NCBI GenBank assembly: GCA_030390025.1
Contig: CM059432.1
Location: 118,050,001-118,114,000, forward strand
Direction: 5' to 3'
Length of the DNA stretch: 64,000 nt
From: Squalus acanthias
Lineage: Eukaryota
Below the pieces are notes generated by a model. The model worked only from the letters and a program-made list of their open reading frames with translations, was not told the DNA's origin and ran no database searches. The translations under genes and the position numbers were made by a program. This document shows positions 46,388 to 59,137 of the stretch, piece by piece. Positions within the stretch are counted from its first letter, which is position 1, and each line of letters begins with the position of its first letter.

Positions 46388-46894
46388 AGCCCAGATTTTC
46401 CAACGACTGTTCGCCTGTCTGTTGTAACAGCTTTAATCACATGCCCCTCAAGTCTACCCCTTTCCCCCCACCCCACTCCCGCCGATCAGATCCATCCCCA
46501 TACAAAAGCACCTAGCTTTGGGGATCAGACCCCCTCCCCGGGATTGGGGATCGGAGCCCTCCCGGGATCGGACCCCCTCCCGGGTCGTGGATCGGACCCC
46601 CTCTGGGGTCAGGGATCAGACCCTCCCCGGGATCAGATCCCCCCCCCCCACTGGGGTTGTGGATTGGGCCTACCTGGTCCTGCGCCTGGTCCGGAGTCCT
46701 CCCCGTCGAACTGAAAGCCAAGCCTGTCAATCAGGCTGACTTCCTGGAGAGGAACCTGCCAAGGACAAAAGACAAAAGAGTTAAAACTCCACAGCATGCG
46801 GGGAAACCCGTTTTTTTTTCTGAAACTCCGCATCCCCGCCACCCCCCCCCCCCCCCCCGCACTTATGTAAACTGCCCCTGTTAATATCCAGGCC
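46388..46894. mobile_element. Probable Harbinger-type MITE with GATC/C-rich internal repeats
   Basis: AGCCCAGATTTT / AATATCCAGGCC ends; no matching TSD. Confidence 0.45.
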
Positions 46895-47242
46895 ACACTG
46901 TCTGATATCTAGGGGGAATTTTAACCCCATCCTCACTCGGTGGAAACGCAATGAAGGGCACTTAAAATAAGGACAGCGTATTACCCACCTTGGGATGTTG
47001 CTGCCTGCCCATGGGATTGGAATTTAATCTGCTGTTCTCAGCAGGCACACAGGACACATGCCGGAAGACACAGGGTCATGCTTTAAATATGCAGATTGGA
47101 CCCTGATGACATCATTGGCGCCCGACTGCAGTTTTAGCCTGAGGCCTGAGTGCGTGAGCATTGGTGCCTTCCCTGTCTTCAATCTGAACACAGCGCAAAG
47201 TTGGAGCCATATTCATTCTCAAATAAAATCCTCTGAAAGAAT

Positions 47243-47693
47243 GAAAGAAAGACTTGCATTTATATCGCCCCTTTCACGACCACCGGATGTCCCAAAGCGC
47301 TTTACAACCAATGAAGTACTTTTTTAAAAATGTAGTCACTGTTGTAATGTAGGAAATGCAGCAGCCTAAATTTGTGAACAGCAAGCTCCCACACACGGTA
47401 CTTTGTTAATGACCAGACAATCTGTTTTAGTGATGCTGGTTAAGGGATAAATATTGGCCAGGACACCGGGGAGAGGTCCTCTGCTCTTGCTTGAAATACT
47501 GCCATGGGATCTTTTACATCCACCTGACAGGGCTTAACATCTCATACCAAAGGACAAATCCTCCAACAGTGCAACACTCCCTCAGTATTGCACTGAAGTG
47601 TCAGCCTAGACTTTGTGTTCAGGTTTCTGCCATGGAACTTGAACACACAACCTTCTGAATCAGAAACAAGAGTGCGACCACTGAGCCACGGCA
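47243..47693 (-). mobile_element. Deu-domain tRNA SINE
   Basis: Minus-strand TGGCTCAGTGG head, GATGTAAAAGATCCCATGGCA core, L2-type tail. Confidence 0.82.
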
Positions 47694-48704
47694 AGCAATT
47701 CTCCACAGGGTAACACTCACTCAGAATCAAGTGGCACATTAGGCAGATTGCCATGGGACAATATATTAACAGTCCCTCAAGTTGACACCGAGGTGATTTT
47801 GTGGAGGTCTGAATTATGCACTTTGGAGGACAGCTCTAGAGTCTCAACTGGTGAAAATATCTGCCATGATAATGCTATTTCAAAACATATGGGGCTGGAA
47901 ATTCCTTGTGCGCCATTGCAAAGCCAGTAGTTGGTGGTGTAGATTTTCCACCTGCCATTCTGCCCCAGCGCTGCTTCCATCCCAAATCATAGAAATGGAG
48001 TCATTTTATGCTAATGACCCTGTCCCAAATCGTGGAAACAAGGTCATTATGATAAAACCGGGGTCACTATGCTGCTCCCTAGGCATCCACTCTGCCTGGG
48101 GACTAAGAATTTCGGAACGGCACTTTGCTGCTCTATTGGCGGGGGGAATGGGAGGATGAACAATTTTTTATGCTGTGGTGATTTTTGGTTTAGTTTCTGC
48201 TTTCCTAATGGCAGTTGATCTGTCAAAAACTGATTTCAATTTGGGAAGCGATACTGTGGGCCCCACTTAAGCCTGTTGTACGATAAGTACTCCTGCATCA
48301 AGTCAGGTGTCAGCCGTGGTCACACTCCTGCTTCTGAGTCAGAAAGTTGTGCATTCACGTTCCACACCAGAGAGGGTGCTGCACAGTCAGAGGAGCCGTC
48401 TTTCAGATGAGTCATTAAACATTAAACCGAGGCAGTTAAACATTAAACATTAGACATTAAACCAAAGTTCTGATTGGTCCCCTTGGATGGCAAGACCAGA
48501 TTTCTGATTGGTCCTCCTGGAGGATATGACACACCCAGCAGTTTATCTGGAATGTGTAACTAGATCTTGCCTGCCTGAGTAATCAAGTACTTTGCAATAT
48601 GTAATTTGATCCATTCATTTTGATGGCCTGGCTCCAGAGCTCACCGCACTGCTTTCAGAGAACAGACAGGGCTCACCCTCGTGGGTTAGGACCTCCCTCC
48701 CCCC

Positions 48705-48990
48705 CCCCCCCCCCGAACAAGTTCCTGATGCCCCCCAACAAGTTCCTGACCTTCTCCCACCCCCGAGGTCATGACCTTCTTCCCCCCCCAACAAGTTCCT
48801 GACCCCCCTCAACAATGTCCTGACCTTCTCCCACCCCCGAGGTCATGACTTTCTTCCCCCCCCCAACAAGTTCCTGACCCCCCTCAACAATGTCCTGACC
48901 TTCTCCCACCCCCGAGGTCATGACTTTCTTCCCCCTCCCCCCCAACAAGTTCCTGACCCCCCTCAACAAGTTCCAGACCTTCTCCCCACC
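48705..48990. repeat. C-rich minisatellite, about 76-80-bp unit, about 3.5 copies
   Basis: Recurrent AACAAGTTCCTGACCCCC...CCTGACCTTCTCCCACCCCCGAGGTCATGAC. Confidence 0.85.
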
Positions 48991-49187
48991 CGCCCCCCCC
49001 ACCACCCCAGTACCAAACAGGTGCGCATGCGCAGAGAGAGCCAAAAATGCGGTGCAAATAATCTCTCCATTAAACCGAAGCCCTCTCTACCCTTTCAGCT
49101 GGACTTAAAAGATTCCAGGGCACTATTCAAAGAAGAGTAGGGGAGTTCTTCCCAGTGTCCTGGTCAACCAACAACACTAAAACAGAT

Positions 49188-49257
49188 ACAAATGCAAAAT
49201 ACGGCAGATGCAGGAAACCTGAAACAAAAACAGAAAATGCTGGAATCACTCAGCACT
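49188..49257 (-). mobile_element. 70-bp PLE extreme 3'-end insertion
   Basis: Matches the PLE tail (GCTGAGTG..TCCAGCATTTTCTGTTTT); 13-bp TSD CACTAAAACAGAT at 49175-49187 and 49258-49270. Confidence 0.8.
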
Positions 49258-50057
49258 CACTAAAACAGATTATGTGGTCATTATCTTATTGCTGTTTGTG
49301 TGCGCGAATTGGCTGCCTCATTACAACAGTGACTACACTTCAAAAAATAAATACTTAATTTGCTGTAAAGCGCTTTGGGACGTTCTGAGGTTGTGAAAGG
49401 TGCTGTATAAATATAAGTTCTTTCTTTCTGTCTGTATCATGCAAATGTACTGTATGTTTACTGTACACTAGAACTGGCAGGATTTCTAGCAGGGAACGCC
49501 ATCCCGCTATTCCCACTTCTCACAGTGATATCACAATGGAAGAAGAAGTGTCCACCCTGCCCCGCCCCCCCGATCGAAATACTTCGTCAGGGCAACAGAG
49601 GAGTGGAAATGGGCTCTGCCCCAAATTCCTCCCTCCTACCCACACTAATAAAAGGATTTTCAGGGCTATGATCCTCTGAACTTGGTTGACATCACATTGC
49701 ACATCAACCAGAAGTGCATGTAATCTCTGGCATGTGGAACTAACAGCCTCCTCCTGCGTACCTTGACACTTTTGTGTAGGAGGTGAAGGGACGTCATTTA
49801 TGGACTGTGGCAGATGGATCCCTCTTATCTGCAATGACCCAGTGGAGTATGCCCTCTTATGAAAGAGATTGTCTCCCACTGCCCACTTACACATTCAAGT
49901 ATTTCTTCCCACAATGTCCTTGTGGTGCAAGTACTATGTGGTGATCATGAGTTCTGCAACAGGACATGTACAGTTACTGTGATTCTTGCTGGTCTTTTGT
50001 TGGCCTTGAGAAGGCCATGGTATGCTGGGATGTCTGAGTCTCATGAAAGATATAATA

Positions 50058-50191
50058 GGCTGGGAATTTTCTGGGAGCTACTACCACTCCGCCATCGTAA
50101 CCTCATCAGAAGTATGGTGGACACCCCATTTACGTGCGTAAACAAGCTTTCCGGCGAAGTTACGGGAGCAGCTCCGAGGAAATTCATGGCC
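50058..50191. mobile_element. Miniature Harbinger-type MITE
   Basis: GGCTGGGAATTT / AAATTCATGGCC; TSD ATA. Confidence 0.7.
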
Positions 50192-51369
50192 ATAGGGTTA
50201 GTATTTCCTTTATCATTCATACTAAAAAATTTATGAACTGCTGTGATCTTTTTAAGAAGTCTAAACCATTAAAAAATGTATATCGTGTAGCTTTGATTTT
50301 ATGACAGTCTGTTGATGCCAGGAACACAGACATGATTAGCCTTAATATCGGGGATGATGAGGGACGATTTTCAACTGCTGGTTACTCGTTACTTGCTTGA
50401 AAAATGGCCAGTTGAAAATCGGGGTGGGAGAGATGGGGAAAACTTTGGCCACCCCATTGATGCTCAAGGTCTACCTGATGCAATTTCAATGCGGGCCTGT
50501 ACTTGGGCAAGCAGCTCTCCCACCTGTTTCCTGCGGGAAGACGCTTAAAAATGCAAATTGAGATCCTCAATTATGAGGAACCCTGACCAATTGCAGTGAC
50601 CAATTGTTGAAGGAAAGTTAAGGAGATGGGTTTGAATGTCAGTTAGGGACAGGCTTCAGGCCTTGACTTCTAATATGATCAGACTACCTTATTTGTGACT
50701 CACACGACAGCTAGTCATTTACACATGAACGCACATGCCAAATGTCAATGTTTTGCACAGGCATTTGACATATCTTAGCCATTGCCTACTTGTTAGTGTT
50801 TGCAAAATCAACATGGGATTTAAACTTCCTGGGTTGGACTGTGGATGTCCCATGAAACAATCTGGCAAAGTGATTCTGCACATGTCAGATGGTTCCCCCA
50901 CTCGGGTTGATGGTCAATGTTTCCAGGAGTGCAGTAGCACCTACTGCCATAGGTGGTAAATGAACAATTTTCTATCCTATCCTGTTCCACCCTATAATTA
51001 CAGGGTTTTTAATAGTTCTGCTCTTTCTTGCTTTTAACAATTTAACTACAATGTCTTCTACTCTGCCCTTAAATTCAATAAAGCTCGAGAGTACCTTGCA
51101 CTCAATCTTAAAATCCTTTGTCAGTTCAATGCCACTGACCTGAGTCCTTCTCGGAATATTTGAAGAGTCTTGTTAATGACATAACTTAATATGCACACGT
51201 ACCTGAAAGGTTTCTTCCGCAGTCATCGGAAACACCCCCACTAACAGAAATAGATCTGTCTGTTGTTGTTAAATATGACGGGAAAAGCTTATAATGGGAT
51301 GTCTAGTTTGGCTATCCATTCGATGCCCTCCTGATGCCAAGTGGGGAAATGAGGGGCCTCCCACACATA

Positions 51370-53150
51370 GGCTGAGATTTTCCGGGGGGTCAGCAGGCGC
51401 GATTGGTGGGGGGTCGGGTGGGAAAGTGTTTTTTTCCCCAGTGGGTCGGGACCCCGCTGTGAACCCACCGCCACACGCCTTTCCCAAATGTTGGGTCTGT
51501 CGGCGCTGAGCAAGCCTGACACGCAGCATCGGGGAATCCAATTCAGGTAATTATGGCCTTGTTTAGAGATCATTCAGAATACATTTCAGCTCACCTTTTG
51601 ATTTTACGTGCTCGCCCACGGGGTCCACACTGGTCGTGGACCACGTCTGTCAAGTTGAGGTGGGAGATCAGTGGCCATTGAATCAGCTGTTGAGTTAACA
51701 GCTTCAAATGTCAAGTAAAAGCTCCCACCTTACAGAGATATCTTCCCTCAGCCACAAGATCTTCCTCACTGCATTTCCACAACAGATTCACCATGCTGCA
51801 AGTCTTTACACAAGTCTCCATCCAGTCTGACCTTATTACCTCTCTCACCATTGACAGATCGCTTCTGTCATCTCTACTTCACCTGCCACCTATTCCATCA
51901 GCATGGGTGCCCTTTATACTCTCTCACCTTGGTCCTCAGAATTCTATCATGATCAGCCCCAACACCAGCAGCACCAGGCACACCAGCAGCACCAACAACA
52001 ACAACACCAACCTTCTCCGCAATCACCTGATGCTGCACAGGACACAAGGCATCAGCACCTGACAACTTTGCTGCCCGGGAGGCCAGGGATGGCCTCACCA
52101 TGGCCAGATTTACTTCACTTGACGCTGTACACCCTGGCTGCCACATGATGCGCCAGGTTGGCACCACCCCACACCAACACCATAAAGCATCCCTACAATG
52201 CCCAAGCCATTCCTCTCACACTTACCACCATTGCGGGGGGTACCGTTATGTCTCACCATTCACTGCAACTCACTAAGCTACTTCCAAAGGTGCTCACAAA
52301 TCTGTCCAAGAACACAAAAGTGTTGAAAATAAAGGTTTCAATGTTTGACACCACATTAACAGAAACTCTACATGAACATTGCAAAAAACATCCAAGTGCC
52401 TACTCTTGTGTGTTGTTAGTTGGTATAATTGCACTAAGATGAGGGTGAGTGTGAGGGGTGGCTAGTGAGATGGGGATGTAATAATATAGATAGAGAGGGA
52501 TGGGTGGAGGTGCAAGGTAAGTTGGTGTGAGAAGAATGTGCAGGAGTAGGGTAGGGAAGGCAGAGTGATGGGGATGTGATGAGAGGCACGACAGGATGAG
52601 GTTGAGTGTGGCTTTGCAGTAACATTTTGTGATCTATTGAGCTCATTGAAAGGTTTATGTCACTGCAGCCTGGTCTTCTGATGACATCCCTGCTTATGCC
52701 CTCCTCTGCAATGTGCAACCAGGCTGTTTCGATCTCCATGGGAGGTCTCTTCTGCCCATGGGAATGGAAGAGGACCTCTCTGCATGCTGTGACTCCCTCC
52801 ATAAGCATGTGGAGGGATGGAGGGAGTTATGGGAGAGCCTGGGTGCAGCCCTGTGCCTCTGTGCAGTCATTGTCAGTGTTTGCAGCACCTCAATGCTGTA
52901 GAACACTGACAGCACAACTGTCAAATTAAAGTTGGCCACGGTCCCTTTAAGGAAACCGGCTGATGACGTGTCATCAAATGACGTCACCAGACCCGCTTAC
53001 TCTAATTGGCCGGAAAATGTGCTGGGCGGGCTTAACTAGCCCCATCAGGGGAAATTCATTACACAGAACGGGATGGAGCCAGCAGCGGCGTCGAGACCCG
53101 CCACTCACGTCACCTGCCACGGACCTGCCGAGGTGAGCAAAATCCCAGCC
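51370..53150. mobile_element. Internally deleted Harbinger (transposase 5' remnant +, Myb-like exon 1 -)
   Basis: TIRs GGCTGAGATTTT / AAAATCCCAGCC; minus strand LMEGVTACREVLF...AWLHIAEE; Q-rich transposase N-terminus at 51903 like that at 6747. Confidence 0.8.
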
Positions 53151-54004
53151 GTGGTCTCTCCGTGTGTGCTAGTTCACTGAGAACCTGCCAGCTAATGTCG
53201 TCAAGAAGACGACCGAACGCTGGAAAGTGGCCTCCCGGTCTGAAAAGTATATTAATACCAACTTCTGGGGAGACAGATACAAATCGGAGAGGAAACCAAT
53301 GAGACAGATATCGCTGGAGACGGTGCAGTGCACCAGTAAATTAACAAGTAAGAGCATGATGATTTACACAAACAGTCAACGATTTGGACCAATTACTATG
53401 CTGTGCGCTGTAATCATTATAATTAGCAGGCAGCACGAAGTTGACGTGCTGCCTGCGCTCCTTGAACGGGCGCGGGCATATTGTGCATCTCGGTCCCTGC
53501 GCCCATTTTCCAGCAGTACGGAATTTCACCCCCGCCCCCCCCGCCGTGTCCTCAGGAAGGCAGGGTGGAAAATTAGCCAGGATAGGAGATGGCAAGAAAA
53601 AATAAACACAGCACCTCAGCCCTGTAAAAGGAATGGAAAATGAGAGACATTTATATTTTCTTCCTGCTCCAGGACACCATCAATAATAATTATAATTATC
53701 ACATAATACTGTACTTTTAGGATGACCTGTAAGTTTAAGCTCTATGTATATTTTTAAAATGGCACTGGAGGTGGGAGCAGATAAGCAAAGAACTTTTATT
53801 TTTGTGCAAAAGGTGTCCATCATGGTTGGCTCCAAGGCCTGACTTGCACACAAAACTGTTATCTTTTAGCTGTCTTCACATTTGTGTTAGTTGAAGGAAA
53901 AGACAATTTTTTTCCACTTTTCCTTTGTTCTTATCAGCAGCTCTGATTTACTTCAAGTGAAATCTTTTCCTCGATTCAACATTCAACATGATTCCACACA
54001 TTAG

Positions 54005-54073
54005 CCAATTTGTGCAGTTGCCAGGCAACACACTTTTCTTCAATTGAGTATCTAAAATTGAGCTAACACGTCA
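54005..54073 (+). promoter_or_regulatory. Motif cluster: CCAAT, RFX X-box, CRE half-site
   Basis: CCAAT at 54005-54009, GTTGCCAGGCAAC at 54017-54029, ACGTCA at 54068-54073, just upstream of the ATG at 54082. Confidence 0.35.
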
Positions 54074-55419
54074 TCAGAATAATGGTGGATGATGAGGAGC
54101 AGAGTGTTAGTCAATATGAAGTACTCGACTTAAAACCTCCAAAGAAAAAGTCTAATACGTTGTTTCCGTTAGATGCAATTATGTGATTGATTAGCTCTGC
54201 GAAAAGAACAGTCAAATCTCAATGATCAGCATCGTGTGACTTCTTCTCTGAGCAGTGTCAACAGCAAAATTATTTCAAGTGTTGAGAAGTGCCCTTCAGG
54301 ATCACTATCCTGGTATGAAAACATAAAGAAACATCTGAACATAGGGAAAAAAATCACTCTCAATGGAAAACTGCTTTCATCGATTGATAGATAAACATGA
54401 CAAGGTAAGTCTAAAGCAGGGTCCTAAAGTTCCTTAATTCTGCGGTGGAATTTATCACCAGTAGTGGAATTTCTCCCGTGTAATTTTTTCCCTCATTTTC
54501 CTTCCCCAAAAAGTTTTTTTCTGCATTGTAACTGCTTTGAAACCAACATCTAGTGTACCATACCAGCAGCTGTGGGGAGAATTTCCACAGGGACCCTCGA
54601 TCTCCTTTGGTAGACCATTGGCAGAAATGCCCGAGAACTGGCGCAAAGGGTCGTTCAAACCATTTCTCTGAGCTTTCCACCAATCCTTCACCGAAGTTAT
54701 GGCGGGAGACTGGAAGGATCCTTATGGAAATTCCAGGTGCTGGTATTACGGTTCAGAATGGTGTCAGGTGACAATAATCCTCCAATTCCTATTGATATGG
54801 TCATTAATCCTCATTCATTTCACACATTGAACTATTCCCGTACAGTTGAAATGTTCAAGATGTCAACTGCATGAGATGAATATAACTCCACTGACCGCAG
54901 CTTCTTAATTAACTGCTTTTGCAAAAGCTTTGAATGCATTTTAGTAAATAAGGGGTAATTTTTCCACTTTTAAGCACACAAGGGGAGCCTCAGCATTGGC
55001 ATCCCTTGATTTTTCAATATTAATGGTGATAAAAATCAAAGTTTGGGACCATTTTATAATATGCACACCTAGAAAAGGTTCTGCAGAAGACAATAGAAAA
55101 CTTTAAATTGCAAGGTGTGGAAACACATGGGGTATAATGATCTGGAAGTCAATGAGGATTAGAAGATTAATCTCCAATTCAGAACATCAGTTATTGGTCA
55201 GATGTCATTTAATACCTAGATGCCACCTAACACTTTGCTGTCGTATGTGGCTGGGTGACCACTTTGGAGCGCCCCCCACCCCCAACCACTCCCCCCACCC
55301 CCCTCCCCCCGCTCCCAACCCACCTTCCCCATTATTAACCTAAATTATATAAGGCTTTGCTTCTTCTGTACTTTGAGTATTGTACCCATTTGTGCTCTTC
55401 ATACCTGATAATGAACTCT

Positions 55420-55760
55420 GAGGCTCCAGAGCGAGATTAAGGAAGTCAACAAGGATGATACCTAAAGGTGGATCTCTTAGTTATGAAGATGGGCTTAGAG
55501 AGTTAGGATTATTCATTATGGAGAATAAAAGGGTCAGGGTGGATTAATTGAGGTATACAAAATTATGAAAGGATGGGATTTAGATTGTAAAAAAAAAATC
55601 AATTGCATAGACTAGAGTAAGACTAGAGGATATGTCTATACCATACTTAGGCAAAGAGTCAAGTTGGATGCCAGTATTTATTTGTTCAGAGGGTTACCAT
55701 GCTCTGAAATAGATTATTGGTGGATATGGCAAGTATGGGACTTGACAAGTTCCAGAAGGT
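55420..55760 (+). mobile_element. Old CR1-type RT C-terminal fragment
   Basis: LSYEDGLRELGLFIME..., SKTRG-like sequence. Confidence 0.6.
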
Positions 55761-55849
55761 GGAAGATGTTGGATGTGTGTGGGTTATTTAAGTTCACTTA
55801 GTGATTTTTCATGGCAACTGTGGTCTCCCAGAGCTTGGTTGATTGCCTT

Positions 55850-56182
55850 ATCCACCTTTTGAATGACACATTAAAACAAGGCCCAGTCTGCCCTCTCAAG
55901 TGAACATAAAAGATCCCATGGCAGTATTTTGAAGAAGACCAAGGGACTTCTCCCCGCTGTCCTGGCCAATATTTATTCTTCAACCAACATCACTAACAAA
56001 ATAAATTATTTGGTCATTGACTCATTGCTGATTGTGGGATCTTGCTGTGTGCAAATTGGTTGTCACTTTTCCTACATTACAGCAGTGACTATACTTCAAA
56101 AAAAACTTCATTGGCTGTAAAGTGCGTTGGGACATCCTGAGGTCATGAAATGCACTATCTAAATCAAGGTTCTTTCTTTCTT
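55850..56182 (+). mobile_element. Deu-domain SINE (5'-truncated)
   Basis: GTCTGCCCTCTCAAGTGAACATAAAAGATCCCATGGCAGTATTTTGAAGAAGA core and L2-type tail. Confidence 0.8.
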
Positions 56183-58403
56183 TATGGAGTCAAGAAGGAA
56201 CATCTCAGAATTAGGGATTGGCAATCAACGCCCATATCCCAGGAATGAATTTTTAAAAAATTGTCCTGAAATTTACTACATTTTTTGTTTCTGTGCTTTT
56301 TCCTCATCCAGGAGTTAGCATTAATAGCAATTAGGAGGTCAGTGAATGAGGCTGCAGCATCTAGTGAGTAGCATGAGGATTATTTAGCCTTGTGGACTTA
56401 GCTCACCCTTTTTGAGTGTTTAACAGGTGAATTTGCTCAGCGCTTCGGCTGAAGTCAAATTTACACACATAAATGTCCGCCAAATCTCTGCCGAAGTTAC
56501 ACTGAGCAAATTCACCCCTACATGTTGGTAAGCTCAATCTTTAACACGCTTGAAGCCTCTTTATTGCTGAATATGTTTCCTGACAGCAAAACTGCCCAAC
56601 AGTTTCAATGCTCCATAGCAAAAACTTCATGTGTGATGAATGAAGGCTTCTCATCTGCATTCATTGAAGATTCGTTGGTGAAGATACAAAGCTTCACCTC
56701 ATATGTCATTCATACAGATGGCAGTAAGGATCAATATTTATTAAAACTGGATCCAATGACTGGCAGAATTTCCAATATCAGAAAACCACCACAGGCTTCT
56801 GTTTGAGTAAGACTTGCATTGCAGATGGTATTTTTGTCATTGCACAGAATCCTCCCCAGAAATATATGCCTGGATGTTCCCTGGTAGTTTTTCCCGATCG
56901 GCCTGCCATAAGATTGGCAGAATCATGGGTTTTCTGTCAGTCCTCCGTCAAAGTTATGGCAACTGATCGGGAAAACTCCCAAGGAAATTCCCGGCAATGG
57001 TCTTCACTATACAAACTGTATGTGCCTCAGTGCAAACAATACCACCGCGAATACTTCAAAAATATCTTGTGTAACCTTTCTGAGAGAAAGGAAAATGTTC
57101 TGTCTTGGGACGACTAAACTCTATTGTGCACAGTGCTTCTGATGTGCTGCAGTACTAAATTTAATGTGGAAAGTATAATGGCAGATCTGTATTTACTGGT
57201 TCGTATATTCACAATCCAGAAAGTCAGACCTAAATGGCTTTTCAGACATTGAATGAAAAAAGGCCATTAAATGCATTGATGCCAGATGTTTGATTTAGGA
57301 GCTTTGTGTCAACGTAATATTGGAACTCATGGAGATTCAAAATCATACCTTTTGCTTGAAGAAAACTCTTCAGCTCATTTCAAAAGATAGCAAGACGTTT
57401 ATTTGGCGCTCTCACTGGCTACATTGTCCTGAGTTACTCATTTATAAATGACTCCAAAGGGGTGTACCCAGTATTCGTTCTCGTCACAAACTCATGCAGC
57501 CTCCAGAAAAATGTCAAGTAGGTTTGCAAATACTGATACACTTTTGAATGATCGGACCATTTTGAATGTGATTAACCAGCAATTCTCAACTAGACAAGAT
57601 AGAACTCTATCTTGGATTTTCAACCAAGCAATTCCCAGCTAAAATGAGACATGGGGGTAGATTTTCAACTTGCAGTCCAAGTGTAAAACTGGAGTTGCGG
57701 ATTAGCTGTTGGTTATATAAATTAATGGAAATGGGAATCGTCTGGTTTCTATAATGGTCCACTTTGCCAGTCAACAAACCAAGCAGTGAAGGTGACAGTT
57801 ACCCACATGATCTATCAGCCTCTTGGATGGATACTCTTTATTCATCAGAAGGAACATTCTTTGAGAAAATAACAACTAACTTATAAATGAATCTTCCTCT
57901 TTAGGATGAAGTCCTTCGATAAAGTGAAATTGTTACCAGACAGGATGAAAGCACAATTGACACATGAGGAGTATTTCCTTACACAGTTTACAAATGTTCT
58001 CAGATTCTCATCGTCTGACATGGACTTGTTGCAGGACAAATTCAAGGATTTGAAATCCTATGAATTAATCAGTCTGAGAACAATGTGGCAAGGAGGGAAA
58101 GGGAATTGAGGGGCTGAGGTTTGATGTGACTAATCCTGATGGAAGGAAATGGTTTTCAAAGTTGTCTAAAGTAGCTTAACTTGTTCTCTCCCATAATAAT
58201 TTAGAAGAAGAAGTGATTTTCAGTTTCTTTAGGAATAGTGAAACTCACTTCAGAAGAAATCAGAGTTAACTTACAGATTTCGTACAAAGCTAACAATTTC
58301 TGTGGAGGAAAATTCCTTGACTTCAAACTTGACAAGTAAATGTTGAGGAGAGGAAAAATGGTAACAAAAATGTACAGCACTACATGTCCTAAGAAAGAAA
58401 AAT

Positions 58404-58980
58404 GGCCTATAAATTCAGGCGCACAGGGAGCTTGAATGGTGAGGCCTGAGGCGCACCCAATATTGGGCCTCCGGACCCAATACCATAGAGCTGGTGAGCT
58501 GCAGACACTAACATACAGCTCGTAGCAAAGTGAAATAGAAGATAGGGCCGCTGCAACGCCAACCGCAGCCCTCAGATAATTGATTAAAGTGATCGGGAAG
58601 GGACGCGATCAGTCGGAAAGGGGGGGTGATTGGGTCGGAAAGGGGGAGGGGCGATAGTGGGGGAAAGGGGGGTGATCGGGTGGGAAAGGGGGCTGATCGG
58701 GTGGGAAAGAGTGGCGATAGAGTCGGATAGGGAGGGAGATAGGATGGGAAAGTGGGTGATCGGGTGGGAAAGGGAGGCTGATAGGGTGGGAAAGGGGACA
58801 GTGGCAGAGGTAGCAGTGAGCGATTAGGTTGGGAGGTAGTGATGGCCGGGGTCAGGGGGGGATGTTGGTGGGAGTGTAGCATCAGTGATAGGGGTGTGCA
58901 CTTGCTGACCACCATATTGGAGGCTTAAGAGGCCTTCAAGCACCTGAAAAATGTAGGCTGCGCGGCCAAAACTCTAGGCC
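58404..58980. mobile_element. Harbinger-type MITE with a G-rich repetitive interior
   Basis: GGCCTATAAATT / AACTCTAGGCC ends; TSD AAT. Confidence 0.7.
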
Positions 58981-59137
58981 AATAATTGACTGACTCAGGT
59001 CTGGAAAAGAAAACCTGACTTCTTTGGAGAATTAGTTTCAATCACAGAACAATCTCAGCCTTTACATCTTTATCTTTAGATATGCTTCATTTTAAGTTAA
59101 CATAGAACTGGCCTATAAAAAGAAAACAAACCTCTTT

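Larger units (their letters stand above)
48305..49428 (+). mobile_element. Deu-domain SINE split by insertions (pieces about 48305-48430 and 49070-49428)
   Basis: Head GTCAGCCGTGG; core TAAAAGATTCCAGGGCACTATT; tail GCTGTATAAATATAAGTTCTTTC. Confidence 0.65.
54082..58390 (+). pseudogene. Ancient fragmented hAT-superfamily transposase
   Basis: KPPKKK...NIKKH (54140-54340); MFPDSKTAQQFQCSIAKT...IHTDGSKD (56573-56730); FNVESIMADLY (about 57160); EYFLTQF...DLLQDKF (57970-58045); DGRKWFSKLSKVA*LVLSHNNLEEEVIFS (58138-58225, hAT dimerization motif); split by MITEs, CR1 and SINEs. Confidence 0.75.

Noticed and set aside
57905..58109. Apparent host exon or ORF MKSFDKVKLL... after a TTTAG acceptor
   Set aside because: It fits collinearly into the hAT transposase fossil, with stops and frameshifts on both sides.
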